Source: Deltaproteobacteria bacterium TL4 (lineage in GTDB: Bacteria; SAR324; NAC60-12). Taken from it: 14,853 bases of DNA. Position 1 is the first letter of the stretch; every line of letters begins with the position of its first letter. The notes under the pieces were generated by a model. The model was not told the DNA's origin, ran no database searches, and saw only the letters and a list, made by a program, of their open reading frames with translations. Below are positions 5,999 through 14,528 of this stretch, in pieces. The stretch lies in the NCBI GenBank assembly GCA_051382335.1, contig JBBCAX010000352.1, forward strand, positions 1-14,853, read 5' to 3'. Position numbers and translations under genes: made by a program.

Positions 5999-8648
5999 CC
6001 CCTTCCAATGGAAAGACCGTCCCGCTTTGATTGAATACCTCTTTCCGGTTCAGAAAATCTCAGCCGAAAGTTTCAAGGAGCAGATGTCAAATCAGGGAAA
6101 AACACTGACTGCTTTGGGGAGTTACTGGAAAGGAAGGAAACCTCTCATTCTAAACAAAGCCTGTATTCTGGGCTGTCTGCTTCCTGCTACCGAGGATCAC
6201 CTCAAAGACCTGGAAATCTTTGAACTGCTGATGGGAATGGACAGCCAGACCATGCAGAAACGACTGGAAGCAACACTCCCGCTCTCCAGACAGGATACTG
6301 TGGGGGAATATCTCGTTCTCCGCTACAACGAACAGGTACGGCAGGCAAAACGCTGTGAAGAGTTGGATGCAACTGACTTGCTCGGTATTGAAACAGACGG
6401 AACCGGTTGGTTACCCAAAGCTTTTCTATATTGTACGGAAGCAATCTGTCCTGAAACTGGTTGGAAAGTGCCGCTCATGCCTAGCTTCATTGTCAGCGAA
6501 GATCACAAAGCTGTGGTTGAACTGAACCCTGACCCAATAAATAAGTCCTATGAAATTCAAATAGCGTTGAATGTATCCAATGAAAAAATGCTAAAAGCAA
6601 AACTGGGAACTGTCCAAAGTGGCCATGTGGTTCATTCACCCGATGGAATTAATTTGTACAGAGTCAGTATCAATACCATTCGGGGAGACTACAAGGAGGG
6701 GAAAGAAAACAAAAACCGGTTACGGCTCTGGGAAAAAACCGACTTCATCCCCCGTCCCGATGACCTCTTTCAGGAACGGCTCTATTGTGTGCAATGGATG
6801 CGCAAAAAGAAGAACAGCAACAGCGATGAATATGAATTCCGTTCCGTTACGCCTGATGATCTGGCACGGGAACAGAAAGTCATCGACACCGTTGCTTCCC
6901 ATCTCGTCGAATGGCAGGAAAAAGGCTTTGTACCTGATATGGTGATTGAAAAGGGATATAATACAGATCAACCCATTCGTGAACGAGGCTGGACGCATTG
7001 GCATCATCTGTTCAATCCGAGGCAGTTGCTGGTGTTGGGACTGATTCGCAGTTTCTCTACGGCAGCTACAACAGTTCCTGCTTTTTGTCAGTCTGTACAA
7101 TATAACAGCAGGTTGAGTATGTGGGATAAAGCAGCGGATGGACGCGCTGGGGTTAAGCATGTATTTACCAATCAAGCATTGAACACTCTCTATGTTTATG
7201 GATCTCGTGGTTTTGGTGGGTTAATCCCGATTCTTCAGGCTAATTACAAAAATTTTCCTTTCAATGTAAAGATCCGAATAGAATCCACACCAGCCAATCA
7301 AATTGTTTCCGAAAACGACCTTTACATCACCGACCCGCCTTACGGGGATGCGGTCAAATACGAGGAAATCACCGAGTTTTTCATTGCCTGGCTCCGTAAA
7401 AATCCTCCGGCGGAGTTTGCCCACTGGACTTGGGACAGCCGTCGTTCGTTGGCGATCAAGGGTGAGGATGAGGGCTTCCGGCAGGGGATGGTTTCGGCTT
7501 ACCGCAAAATGGCGGAAAAGATGCCGGACAATGGCATTCAGGTCTTGATGTTCACGCACCAGAGCGGTTCGATCTGGGGGGATATGACCAACATCATCTG
7601 GGCCAGTGGCTTGCAGGTGACCGCGGCGTGGTATGTGGTCACGGAAACCGATTCGGCGCTCCGACAGGGAGCCAATGTCAAAGGCACGATCATTCTGGTT
7701 TTGCGCAAACGGCATCAGCAGTTGGAAACCTTCCGGGATGATCTCGGCTGGGAAATTGAAGACGCCGTTAAAAAACAGGTGGAATCCCTGATCGGTCTGG
7801 ATCAAGCAGTTCGTTCTCAGAATGTGTCTGCGAAACACGTAGGTCGGGTAGAGGAACGAAACCCGACACCCCCCTCCGTTTCGGGCGTAAACGGCAATTC
7901 TTTGTTGGGTATCGCTACCGCTCCACCCAACCTACAGAATGTTCAGACAAGTTCTCAAGGCGCGGAGGGGCTTTATACCGACGCTGATTTGCAAATGGCC
8001 GGGTACGCCGCCGCCCTCAAGGTGCTTACGGCCTATTCTGTCATTGACGGCAAGAATATGGTCACAGAAGCCGAAGCCCCCCGTCAGAAAGGCAAAAAAA
8101 CGTTTGTGGATGAACTGATTGATTTCGCGGTGCAGAGCGCGGTGCAGTTTCTGGTTCCGGTGGGTTTTGAAAAAGGGGAATGGCAAAAACTCGCTGCGGT
8201 GGAGCGGTTCTATCTCAAAATGGCGGAGATGGAACATCAGGGCAGTAAAACGTTGGACAACTACCAGAATTTCGCCAAAGCCTTCAAGGTTCATCATTTT
8301 GATCAGATGATGAGTGACGCTTCCAAAGCCAATGCGGCCCGGCTCAAACTTTCCAGTGAGTTCAAGAGTTCCCTGATGTCCGGCGACGCGGAGATTGCGT
8401 CAACTCCGTTGAGAGCATTGCTCTATGCCATGTATGAGTTAAACAAGGATGTGGAAGTGGAGGATGTGCTCCTGCACCTGATGGAGAACTGCCCCAACTA
8501 TATGCCCAACAAACCCCTGCTGGCCAAAATGGCCGACTACCTCGCGGAAAAGCGGGAAAGCCTCAAACCCACCAAAACCTTTCATCCCGAATCCGAAGCC
8601 AGCGCGGCACGGGTGCTGGCTGAAGCGATTAGCAATCAGAGGTTATGA
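5991..8648 (+). CDS. DUF1156 DNA amino-methyltransferase (restriction-like system gene 3); apparently lacks the SAM-binding motif I segment and carries a 46-codon insertion, so probably inactive
   Basis: 885 aa. N-terminal LIEYLFPVQKISAESFKEQ...LGSYWKGRKPL (DUF1156), catalytic motif IV ITDPPY (DPPY at 7332-7343), VLMFTHQS and a helical C-terminus. No DxFxGxG motif is present in the translation. RBS AAGGAG lies upstream and the start overlaps the previous gene by 8 bp. Confidence 0.88.
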   Translation: MLDPFQWKDRPALIEYLFPVQKISAESFKEQMSNQGKTLTALGSYWKGRKPLILNKACILGCLLPATEDHLKDLEIFELLMGMDSQTMQKRLEATLPLSRQDTVGEYLVLRYNEQVRQAKRCEELDATDLLGIETDGTGWLPKAFLYCTEAICPETGWKVPLMPSFIVSEDHKAVVELNPDPINKSYEIQIALNVSNEKMLKAKLGTVQSGHVVHSPDGINLYRVSINTIRGDYKEGKENKNRLRLWEKTDFIPRPDDLFQERLYCVQWMRKKKNSNSDEYEFRSVTPDDLAREQKVIDTVASHLVEWQEKGFVPDMVIEKGYNTDQPIRERGWTHWHHLFNPRQLLVLGLIRSFSTAATTVPAFCQSVQYNSRLSMWDKAADGRAGVKHVFTNQALNTLYVYGSRGFGGLIPILQANYKNFPFNVKIRIESTPANQIVSENDLYITDPPYGDAVKYEEITEFFIAWLRKNPPAEFAHWTWDSRRSLAIKGEDEGFRQGMVSAYRKMAEKMPDNGIQVLMFTHQSGSIWGDMTNIIWASGLQVTAAWYVVTETDSALRQGANVKGTIILVLRKRHQQLETFRDDLGWEIEDAVKKQVESLIGLDQAVRSQNVSAKHVGRVEERNPTPPSVSGVNGNSLLGIATAPPNLQNVQTSSQGAEGLYTDADLQMAGYAAALKVLTAYSVIDGKNMVTEAEAPRQKGKKTFVDELIDFAVQSAVQFLVPVGFEKGEWQKLAAVERFYLKMAEMEHQGSKTLDNYQNFAKAFKVHHFDQMMSDASKANAARLKLSSEFKSSLMSGDAEIASTPLRALLYAMYELNKDVEVEDVLLHLMENCPNYMPNKPLLAKMADYLAEKRESLKPTKTFHPESEASAARVLAEAISNQRL
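7817..7957. mobile_element. In-frame MITE/REPIN-like insertion (net 138 bp) in the DUF1156 gene
   Basis: Arms are GTAG-GTCGGGT-n11-ACCCGAC (7839-7867) and the inverted GTTGGGT-n14-ACCCAAC-CTAC (7904-7935). Outer inverted repeats AGAATGTGTCTG (7819-7830) and CAGACAAGTTCT (7944-7955) match at 10/12. The direct repeat GTTCTCA occurs at 7813-7819 and 7951-7957. Confidence 0.75.
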
Positions 8649-9802
8649 TGACGACTAATAAATTCACTGAATCTCTTGAAGAGGATCTGATCGAGATAGA
8701 AACTCCGGATACCACTCATGAGACCGACGATGAGGAACCTTCCGATATGGTGATGCAGGAACCTTTTAATCCGGCAGAAATCAATATCACCCCGAAACAG
8801 GACTCTTTACGCAATCTCATTGAGCGGATTGGACACGAAGAAATAGACTTCAATACGGATTTTCAGCGTCATGCTGATTTGTGGGATAACCAGAAGATGT
8901 CCCGGTTAATGGAATCCATTCTCATTCGATTTCCCCTGCCGGCTTTCTATTTTGATGCTTCAAATGAAGACAAATGGCTGATTGTCGATGGTCTTCAACG
9001 TCTTTCAGCGATTCGCAAATTTGTGGTGGAAAAAAAGCTAAAACTTCGTGGTCTGGAATATCTAAAAAATTTTACCGGTTTTAGTTACGATGATCTTCCC
9101 AGGACTTATCAACGAAGGATTGATGAATGCCCGGTGACTCTCTTCCTGATTCAGCCGGGAACTCCAGCGGCTGTGAAGTATTCCATTTTCAGGAGAATCA
9201 ACACAGGGGGGTTGGTTCTCAATGACCAGGAAATCAGAAATGCGATGACCAAACCGGAAATACGAAAATTTCTGGAAGAACTGACTACTGAGGAATGCCT
9301 GAGAAAAACGATTGGTGATCAGTCAAAGAGAATGATTGATCAGGAATGGGTTCTTCGCTATCTCGCCTTTCGGTTTATGGATTATGAACAGAGCAGAAAG
9401 AATATCGCCACGTTTCTGGATGAGATGATTGACAAACTTGAAAAATCAACGTCCGCTGAATTGGAACGATATCAGCAATCATTCCATACAGCCATTCAGC
9501 GTTGCTGGCAAATCTTCGGAGAATCAGCTTTTGAAAAACGTGTTGATGAACAGAAATCAGGACGACGCTGGAAGAACTCAACCCTGTTTGAAGTCTGGAC
9601 AAATGTTCTGGACAGATTGAACGTAGAGGAGTTTGAAACGTTGTACCAGTTCAAAGATCTGCTTGTGGAAAAACACAGCAATCTTATGAAAAACGATAAT
9701 GATTACATTCGGTCGATCAGTTACTCTACTCAAAAAAAAGACCATTTCCGAATCAGGCGAGACAGGGTCGCACAAATAATCAAGGAGGTTCTCAGTGCTT
9801 AA
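8645..9802 (+). CDS. DUF262 (ParB/GmrS-like) domain protein; Menshen NsnA-like
   Basis: 385 aa with DFQRH..LW, SRLMESILIRFPLPAFYF, IVDGLQRLSAI (DGQQR-type motif) and IFRRINTGGLVL. ATGA overlap with the DUF1156 stop. Confidence 0.9.
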   Translation: MMTTNKFTESLEEDLIEIETPDTTHETDDEEPSDMVMQEPFNPAEINITPKQDSLRNLIERIGHEEIDFNTDFQRHADLWDNQKMSRLMESILIRFPLPAFYFDASNEDKWLIVDGLQRLSAIRKFVVEKKLKLRGLEYLKNFTGFSYDDLPRTYQRRIDECPVTLFLIQPGTPAAVKYSIFRRINTGGLVLNDQEIRNAMTKPEIRKFLEELTTEECLRKTIGDQSKRMIDQEWVLRYLAFRFMDYEQSRKNIATFLDEMIDKLEKSTSAELERYQQSFHTAIQRCWQIFGESAFEKRVDEQKSGRRWKNSTLFEVWTNVLDRLNVEEFETLYQFKDLLVEKHSNLMKNDNDYIRSISYSTQKKDHFRIRRDRVAQIIKEVLSA

Positions 9803-10898
9803 GTTTATTAGAATTCAACGATTCAAATCACTCAATGATGCCAGTTTTCCCCTTGCGGCATTAAACCTTTTCAGTGGACTGAATGGCATGGGAAAATCCT
9901 CCTTGATCCAGACACTGCTTCTGCTCCGACAGTCTCATGAAAAAAATACACTGTTCAACAAAGGGCTGCTTCTGAAAGGGGACTACGCCTCGGTAGGAAC
10001 AGGGCAGGATATTTTGTCGGAAAACGCGGAAATAGAGACCATTGAGTTTACTCTTACCTGGGACAAACAGACTCCCATTCACTTTGTGTTCAACTATTCC
10101 AATAAATCTGATTTACAGCCTTTGGCGGAAAAAATAATTCTGCCAGACGATGTCATGCCCAGTCTGTTTAATAAGAATTTTCAGTATCTTTCCGCCGACA
10201 GGTTAAGCCCCAGATCCTCCTATGAGGTATCAGATTATTACATCAAGGATTTGAATTCTATTGGGAATCATGGCGAATACACCGCACATTATATCGCGGA
10301 ATATGGATTGTCACCTCTTACAATCCATGCATTGAAACATCCAAACGCTACGTCTTTATCTCTTCTGGATAACCTTGACAAGTGGATGTCGGAAATTTCT
10401 CCAGGGATACGGATCCATGCGGAACTCCATTCAACCATGAATACGGTTGCTTTGAGTTACGCTTTCCAGCAGGGCACTGAGGTCACTGCTGGATTCAAAC
10501 CTCAAAATGTCGGTTTTGGTCTTACCTTTGTTTTGCCGGTGCTTACCGCTATTTTAAGATCAAAACCAGGCGACATGCTCATTATTGAAAATCCGGAAGC
10601 ACATCTGCATCCTGGAGGTCAATCCGTTTTAGGGAAATTATGTGCTATAGCCGCAAAATGTAGCGTTCAATTATTCATTGAAACGCATTCAGATCATTTT
10701 TTAAATGGCATTAGAGTGGCTGTTAAAGAAAAAGTAATTCAAGGTCCGGACATCAAAATCTTTTATCTTGAGCGGAGTACGACTTCCATCCATGAATCGC
10801 TTGTCGTTACACCGGAGTTGGATGAGGAAGGACGAATTGATATCTGGCCGCAGGGTTTTTTTGATGAGAGTGACCGACAGTTGGAGAAACTGTTATGA
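9795..10898 (+). CDS. ABC-type/AAA_21 ATPase with C-terminal DUF3696; Menshen NsnB-like
   Basis: 367 aa with GLNGMGKS (Walker A), NVGFGLT (signature region), LIIENPEAHLHP (Walker B/D-loop), IETHSDH (H-loop) and WPQGFFDE (DUF3696). GTG start preceded by AAGGAGG at 9782-9788. Confidence 0.92.
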   Translation: MLKFIRIQRFKSLNDASFPLAALNLFSGLNGMGKSSLIQTLLLLRQSHEKNTLFNKGLLLKGDYASVGTGQDILSENAEIETIEFTLTWDKQTPIHFVFNYSNKSDLQPLAEKIILPDDVMPSLFNKNFQYLSADRLSPRSSYEVSDYYIKDLNSIGNHGEYTAHYIAEYGLSPLTIHALKHPNATSLSLLDNLDKWMSEISPGIRIHAELHSTMNTVALSYAFQQGTEVTAGFKPQNVGFGLTFVLPVLTAILRSKPGDMLIIENPEAHLHPGGQSVLGKLCAIAAKCSVQLFIETHSDHFLNGIRVAVKEKVIQGPDIKIFYLERSTTSIHESLVVTPELDEEGRIDIWPQGFFDESDRQLEKLL

Positions 10899-11872
10899 CT
10901 CCATGTCTTGTGTTTAACCACCACTCCCTGCCTTTTGACGCGAGCGACGCGGCGAACCAATCTGTTCCAGACTTTCTGAGAATTTGTCTTAAAGCAAAAC
11001 AGATGGGGTTCTCAATGATTCTTGTGGATGAAAGTATTGACCAAAAATGGTTTCGACTGGAACTGGCTCATAATTATTTTTGGCAAGACTGGTATGGTGT
11101 AAACCGGAATGGTGAAAATAAAGATATCATCAGGGCGTTCCTGAGCATTGCGACACGGCAACCGTTTTTCAGTGAGAAAGATATTGATGAAGGCTTGGAA
11201 CTGTTTGATGTAAGGTTTAATGGCAAGACCTCCTTTTTGGCTCTTCGTGCCGCCGCATGGAATGAAGCGCCACTTACCAGTTTCCCAACACGAGATCCCT
11301 GGACAACGTCTCCCTTGCGGATAGAAGTGGATTCGTTAAACGCATCGGGCGAAATTGAAACCCGTTCGCAGGATCTTCTCAATTTTTATTCCATCCCCAG
11401 TTTTGAAAACGAAATCAATCAGTTTCAGAAACGAATAAACTCACTCATTACTTCAGGGAAAGCCCTCTATGACCAGCGAACAGAATTGTTTCCCAACCTT
11501 ACTTTCTGTGGAAAAGCGCCTCAACAATTGAATTCGTGGTCCGCAAGCCATACCATTCTGGAACAGGTCAAAGAAGCATTGACTCATTTGAATACATTTA
11601 CTAAAATGTGGAAAAATGGGGTCTATCAAAGCTATAGCGCTGACTCATTACGTGATTCCGGTTTGAATCACCGAGTTAGTGGAGAATCTGAAACAGTATT
11701 GAATACGCCGCAATTAAGACGAGAACGGACTTTCTGGTTACCCGAAGGTCGCGAAGCAATTTTTGAGAACCATGTCAAATTGGCCAAGGGATACCGTCTG
11801 CATTTTTTCCCGGATCATGATTCCAGACACCTCTATGTCGGTTACATTGGCCCTCATCTAAAACTCAGCTAG
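10895..11872 (+). CDS. Putative effector with a RelE/ParE-like C-terminal domain; Menshen NsnC-like
   Basis: 325-aa ORF with ATGA overlap. The C-terminus VSGESET...RERTFW...FENHVKLAKGYRLHFFPD...LYVGYIGPHL resembles third genes found after DUF262/DUF3696 pairs. The toxin fold is inferred. Confidence 0.65.
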   Translation: MTPCLVFNHHSLPFDASDAANQSVPDFLRICLKAKQMGFSMILVDESIDQKWFRLELAHNYFWQDWYGVNRNGENKDIIRAFLSIATRQPFFSEKDIDEGLELFDVRFNGKTSFLALRAAAWNEAPLTSFPTRDPWTTSPLRIEVDSLNASGEIETRSQDLLNFYSIPSFENEINQFQKRINSLITSGKALYDQRTELFPNLTFCGKAPQQLNSWSASHTILEQVKEALTHLNTFTKMWKNGVYQSYSADSLRDSGLNHRVSGESETVLNTPQLRRERTFWLPEGREAIFENHVKLAKGYRLHFFPDHDSRHLYVGYIGPHLKLS

Positions 11873-11889
11873 GCAGGAACAGAACTAAT

Positions 11890-14249
11890 ATGACCCTCCG
11901 CCGTTTCTCCTCACGCACCGAAAAGCTGGACACCGAATTTCTTGCGAAGAGTCCAAAAGCGCCTTTGCTCACAACTATGAACTGGTCTGGCAGGATGACG
12001 ATAAGGTCAGCGCTGATTGGATTGAAGAAGAATTTTGGGAACTCTGGAAAGAAGGCGTTCCGCTTCCCGACGCAATTTTTGCTGAAATTCGCCGTGTAGC
12101 CAACCGTCAAGAAGTGACCCTGGAAATTCTTAAACTCAAACCCGCCGATGTCCCGGCTGCGGCCATGGCAGAGGCTCCTATCTATCGTGGAGGGGAACAG
12201 CTTCAGCCCTGGCAGCGTTCCTTTGTCAGCATGTTTCTGGAACATCGTGAACTCTACGGCAAAGCCCGTCTTCTTCTAGCGGATGAAGTAGGTGTCGGGA
12301 AAACCCTTTCAATGGCGACCAGCGCTCTGGTGAGCGCTCTGCTGGAGGATGGTCCTGTTCTGATTTTGGCACCGTCAACGCTCATCCTTCAGTGGCAGAT
12401 TGAAATGAAGGACAAACTGGGAATCCCCAGCGCGATCTGGTCTTCTCAGAAAAAAGTATGGATTGGTGTTGAAGGGCAGATCCTCTCCCCGAGAGGGGAA
12501 CCCTCCTCCATCAAAAATTGTCCCTATCAAATTGCCATTATCTCTACTGGTCTGATCATGCATCAGCGGGAAAAAGGCGATTATGTGAAAGAAGCAGGAA
12601 TCCTTCTCAAAAACAAGTTTGGAACAATCATCCTCGATGAAGCCCATAAAGCTCGTGTCAAGGGAGGATTGGGGGCCGACGCAACCCAGCCTAATAACCT
12701 GCTGGCCTTTATGCAACAAATAGGAAAGCGGACACGACACCTGATTCTGGGGACGGCAACCCCCATTCAGACCCATGTTCGAGAACTGTGGGATCTACTG
12801 GGAATTCTCAACAGCGGCGCTGAGTTTGTTTTGGGTGATTCGCTTTCGCCCTGGAGAAACCACGAGTCGTCCATCCCCATGGTCACAGGGCACATTGTTC
12901 CAACCACTGAATCAGAAGTATGGCGATGGTTGAACAATCCACTTCCACCGGGGAAGGAACATCATACAGTTCAGAATATTCGAGACCATCTGAACATCAA
13001 ACCCACAAATTTTATCTGCTCACACCGGTTTGAAGATCTCGATTTTCTGGTGCAGAGTATGTGGCTTTCCGAGTGCCTCGCTTCCGATTTTTTTCAGCTC
13101 TACAACCCCGTCATTCGACATACTGTGCTCCGCAAACGCAAACAACTCGAAGATGATGGACTTTTGGAAAAGGTCGGAGTCAATACCCACCCGATCCCCA
13201 AAAAGAGCTATCTCTATCAATCACGATTCGTGGGTCTTGGTATTCCCACCAACACGCTCTTCGAGGTCGCCTACCAGAAAGCGGAGGAGTTCAGCAAACT
13301 CCTTCAATCACGAACCAAAGCGGGCGGGTTTATGAAATCGCTGATGCTGCAACGTATCTGTTCCAGCTTTGCCTCTGGTCTCAAAACCGCTCAGAACATG
13401 TTGAAACACTCAATTTCCAATGAAGATGAAGACCATGTGGAAAAAGTGGAACATATCCTTTCGCAAATGACTCCTGAGGAGGTTGCCTGTCTTCATGAAA
13501 TTGTAACGCAACTTTCTCGTCCTGAAGCGGTGGATTCCAAATTTGATACGGTCAAGTGGTTCCTGACAGAGTTCCGTTCTGAGGGGAAAACCTGGCTGGA
13601 GCATGGCTGTATCATTTTCAGTCAGTATTACGACACGGTCGAATGGATCGCCAAAGAGCTCGCAAAAGCATTCAAGGGTGAAGTGGTCGCGGTTTATGCC
13701 GGAGCTGGCAAAAGTGGTCTTTACCGAGATCAGGATTTTAATTCCGTGGAGCGTGAAGCCATCAAGAGCGCAGTGCGAACCCGTGAAATCCGGCTGGTTG
13801 TGGCGACCGATGCCGCCTGCGAGGGACTCAACCTCCAGACACTGGGAACGCTGATCAACGTCGATCTGCCATGGAATCCCTCCCGTCTGGAACAGCGATT
13901 GGGCCGAATCAAACGTTTTGGTCAGGCTCGCAAATATGTGGACATGCTCAACCTCGTCTACAGCGAAACCCAGGATGAGCATATTTATAAAGTTCTTTCT
14001 GAACGTCTTCAGGACACCTACGACATTTTTGGCAGTCTTCCCGATACCATTGATGACGAATGGATTGATGATGAAGAAGCGTTGAAAGATCGAATCAATG
14101 AATATATCCACGAACGGAAAAAAGCTCAGGATGCTTTCTCCATAAAATACCGCAACACTCTCGACCCCAAAGCCTTTCTATGGGAGCAGTGTGCCGAAGT
14201 CCTTTCCAGAAGGGATATTGTCAACGCATTGAGCGAGCCGTGGAAATAA
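11890..14249 (+). pseudogene. PLD-nuclease/SNF2 helicase (restriction-like system gene 4) with the PLD domain largely deleted and a frameshift at about 11950; the helicase ORF 12114-14249 is intact
   Basis: The ATG at 11890 gives the family-like N-terminus MTLRRFSSRTEKLDTEFLAKS. From 11949 a different frame gives ESKSAFAHNYELVWQDDD...EEFWELW (end of the PLD domain). That frame continues without a stop into LLADEVGVGKT, DEAH, TATP, EGLNLQ and WNPSRLEQRLGRIKRFGQ. No HxK motif remains in the residual PLD segment. Confidence 0.88.
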
Positions 14250-14269
14250 AATAGTGACAAAACACTAGA

Positions 14270-14527
14270 TCATGGAAAGGAATTGTCTCCTTCGAGGTAG
14301 TGAGGAGAGCCTTCACAGGTTCCATAATGAGGTGAGGGTTCCCGGATTTCAAATCCGTCTTCAGTCTCAAGAAGTCTCCCTTTCATTTTTTCTCCGAGTG
14401 ACTCCCCAAATCCTTCCACAAATTTTTTACTTCCAATCGCGATAGCTTGACTCCAACGTTCTTGTCGTTTTAAGGGTTGAATTTCAAGGGTTCGTTCCAC
14501 TAAAACCCGATGGGTTTTTTGTAAATC
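14270..14527 (-). pseudogene. 3' remnant of a RAYT/IS200-like Y1 tyrosine transposase
   Basis: The - frame reads DLQKTHRVLVERTL...RQERWSQAIAIGSKKFVEGFGESLG..KGR...FEIREPSPHYG, which resembles the C-terminal extension of long Y1_Tnp/RAYT-like proteins. The HUH catalytic part is absent and there is an in-frame stop at 14530-14528. Confidence 0.6.
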
Positions 14528-14528
14528 T

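Noticed and set aside
8630..11893. Target-site duplication flanking the three-gene cassette (CAGAGGTTATGA versus CAGAACTAATATGA)
   Set aside because: The similarity is too short and gapped to distinguish from chance, and no att sites or integrase are visible.
11890..12099. Independent 69-aa small gene, or programmed frameshifting into the helicase
   Set aside because: Only the first 21 codons look like the helicase-gene N-terminus and the rest is out-of-frame read-through. Missing PLD sequence points to deletion rather than recoding.
611..14249. Calling the locus BREX, DISARM, or a wholly new system
   Set aside because: There is no PglZ, BrxL or DrmA/B-like gene. The order DUF499-DUF3780-DUF1156-PLD/helicase matches the described restriction-like system. 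The novelty lies in the nesting and the lesions, not in the core.
14250..14269. Terminator after the helicase (TAGTG-n6-CACTA)
   Set aside because: It has only a 5-bp AT-rich stem and no U-tract.
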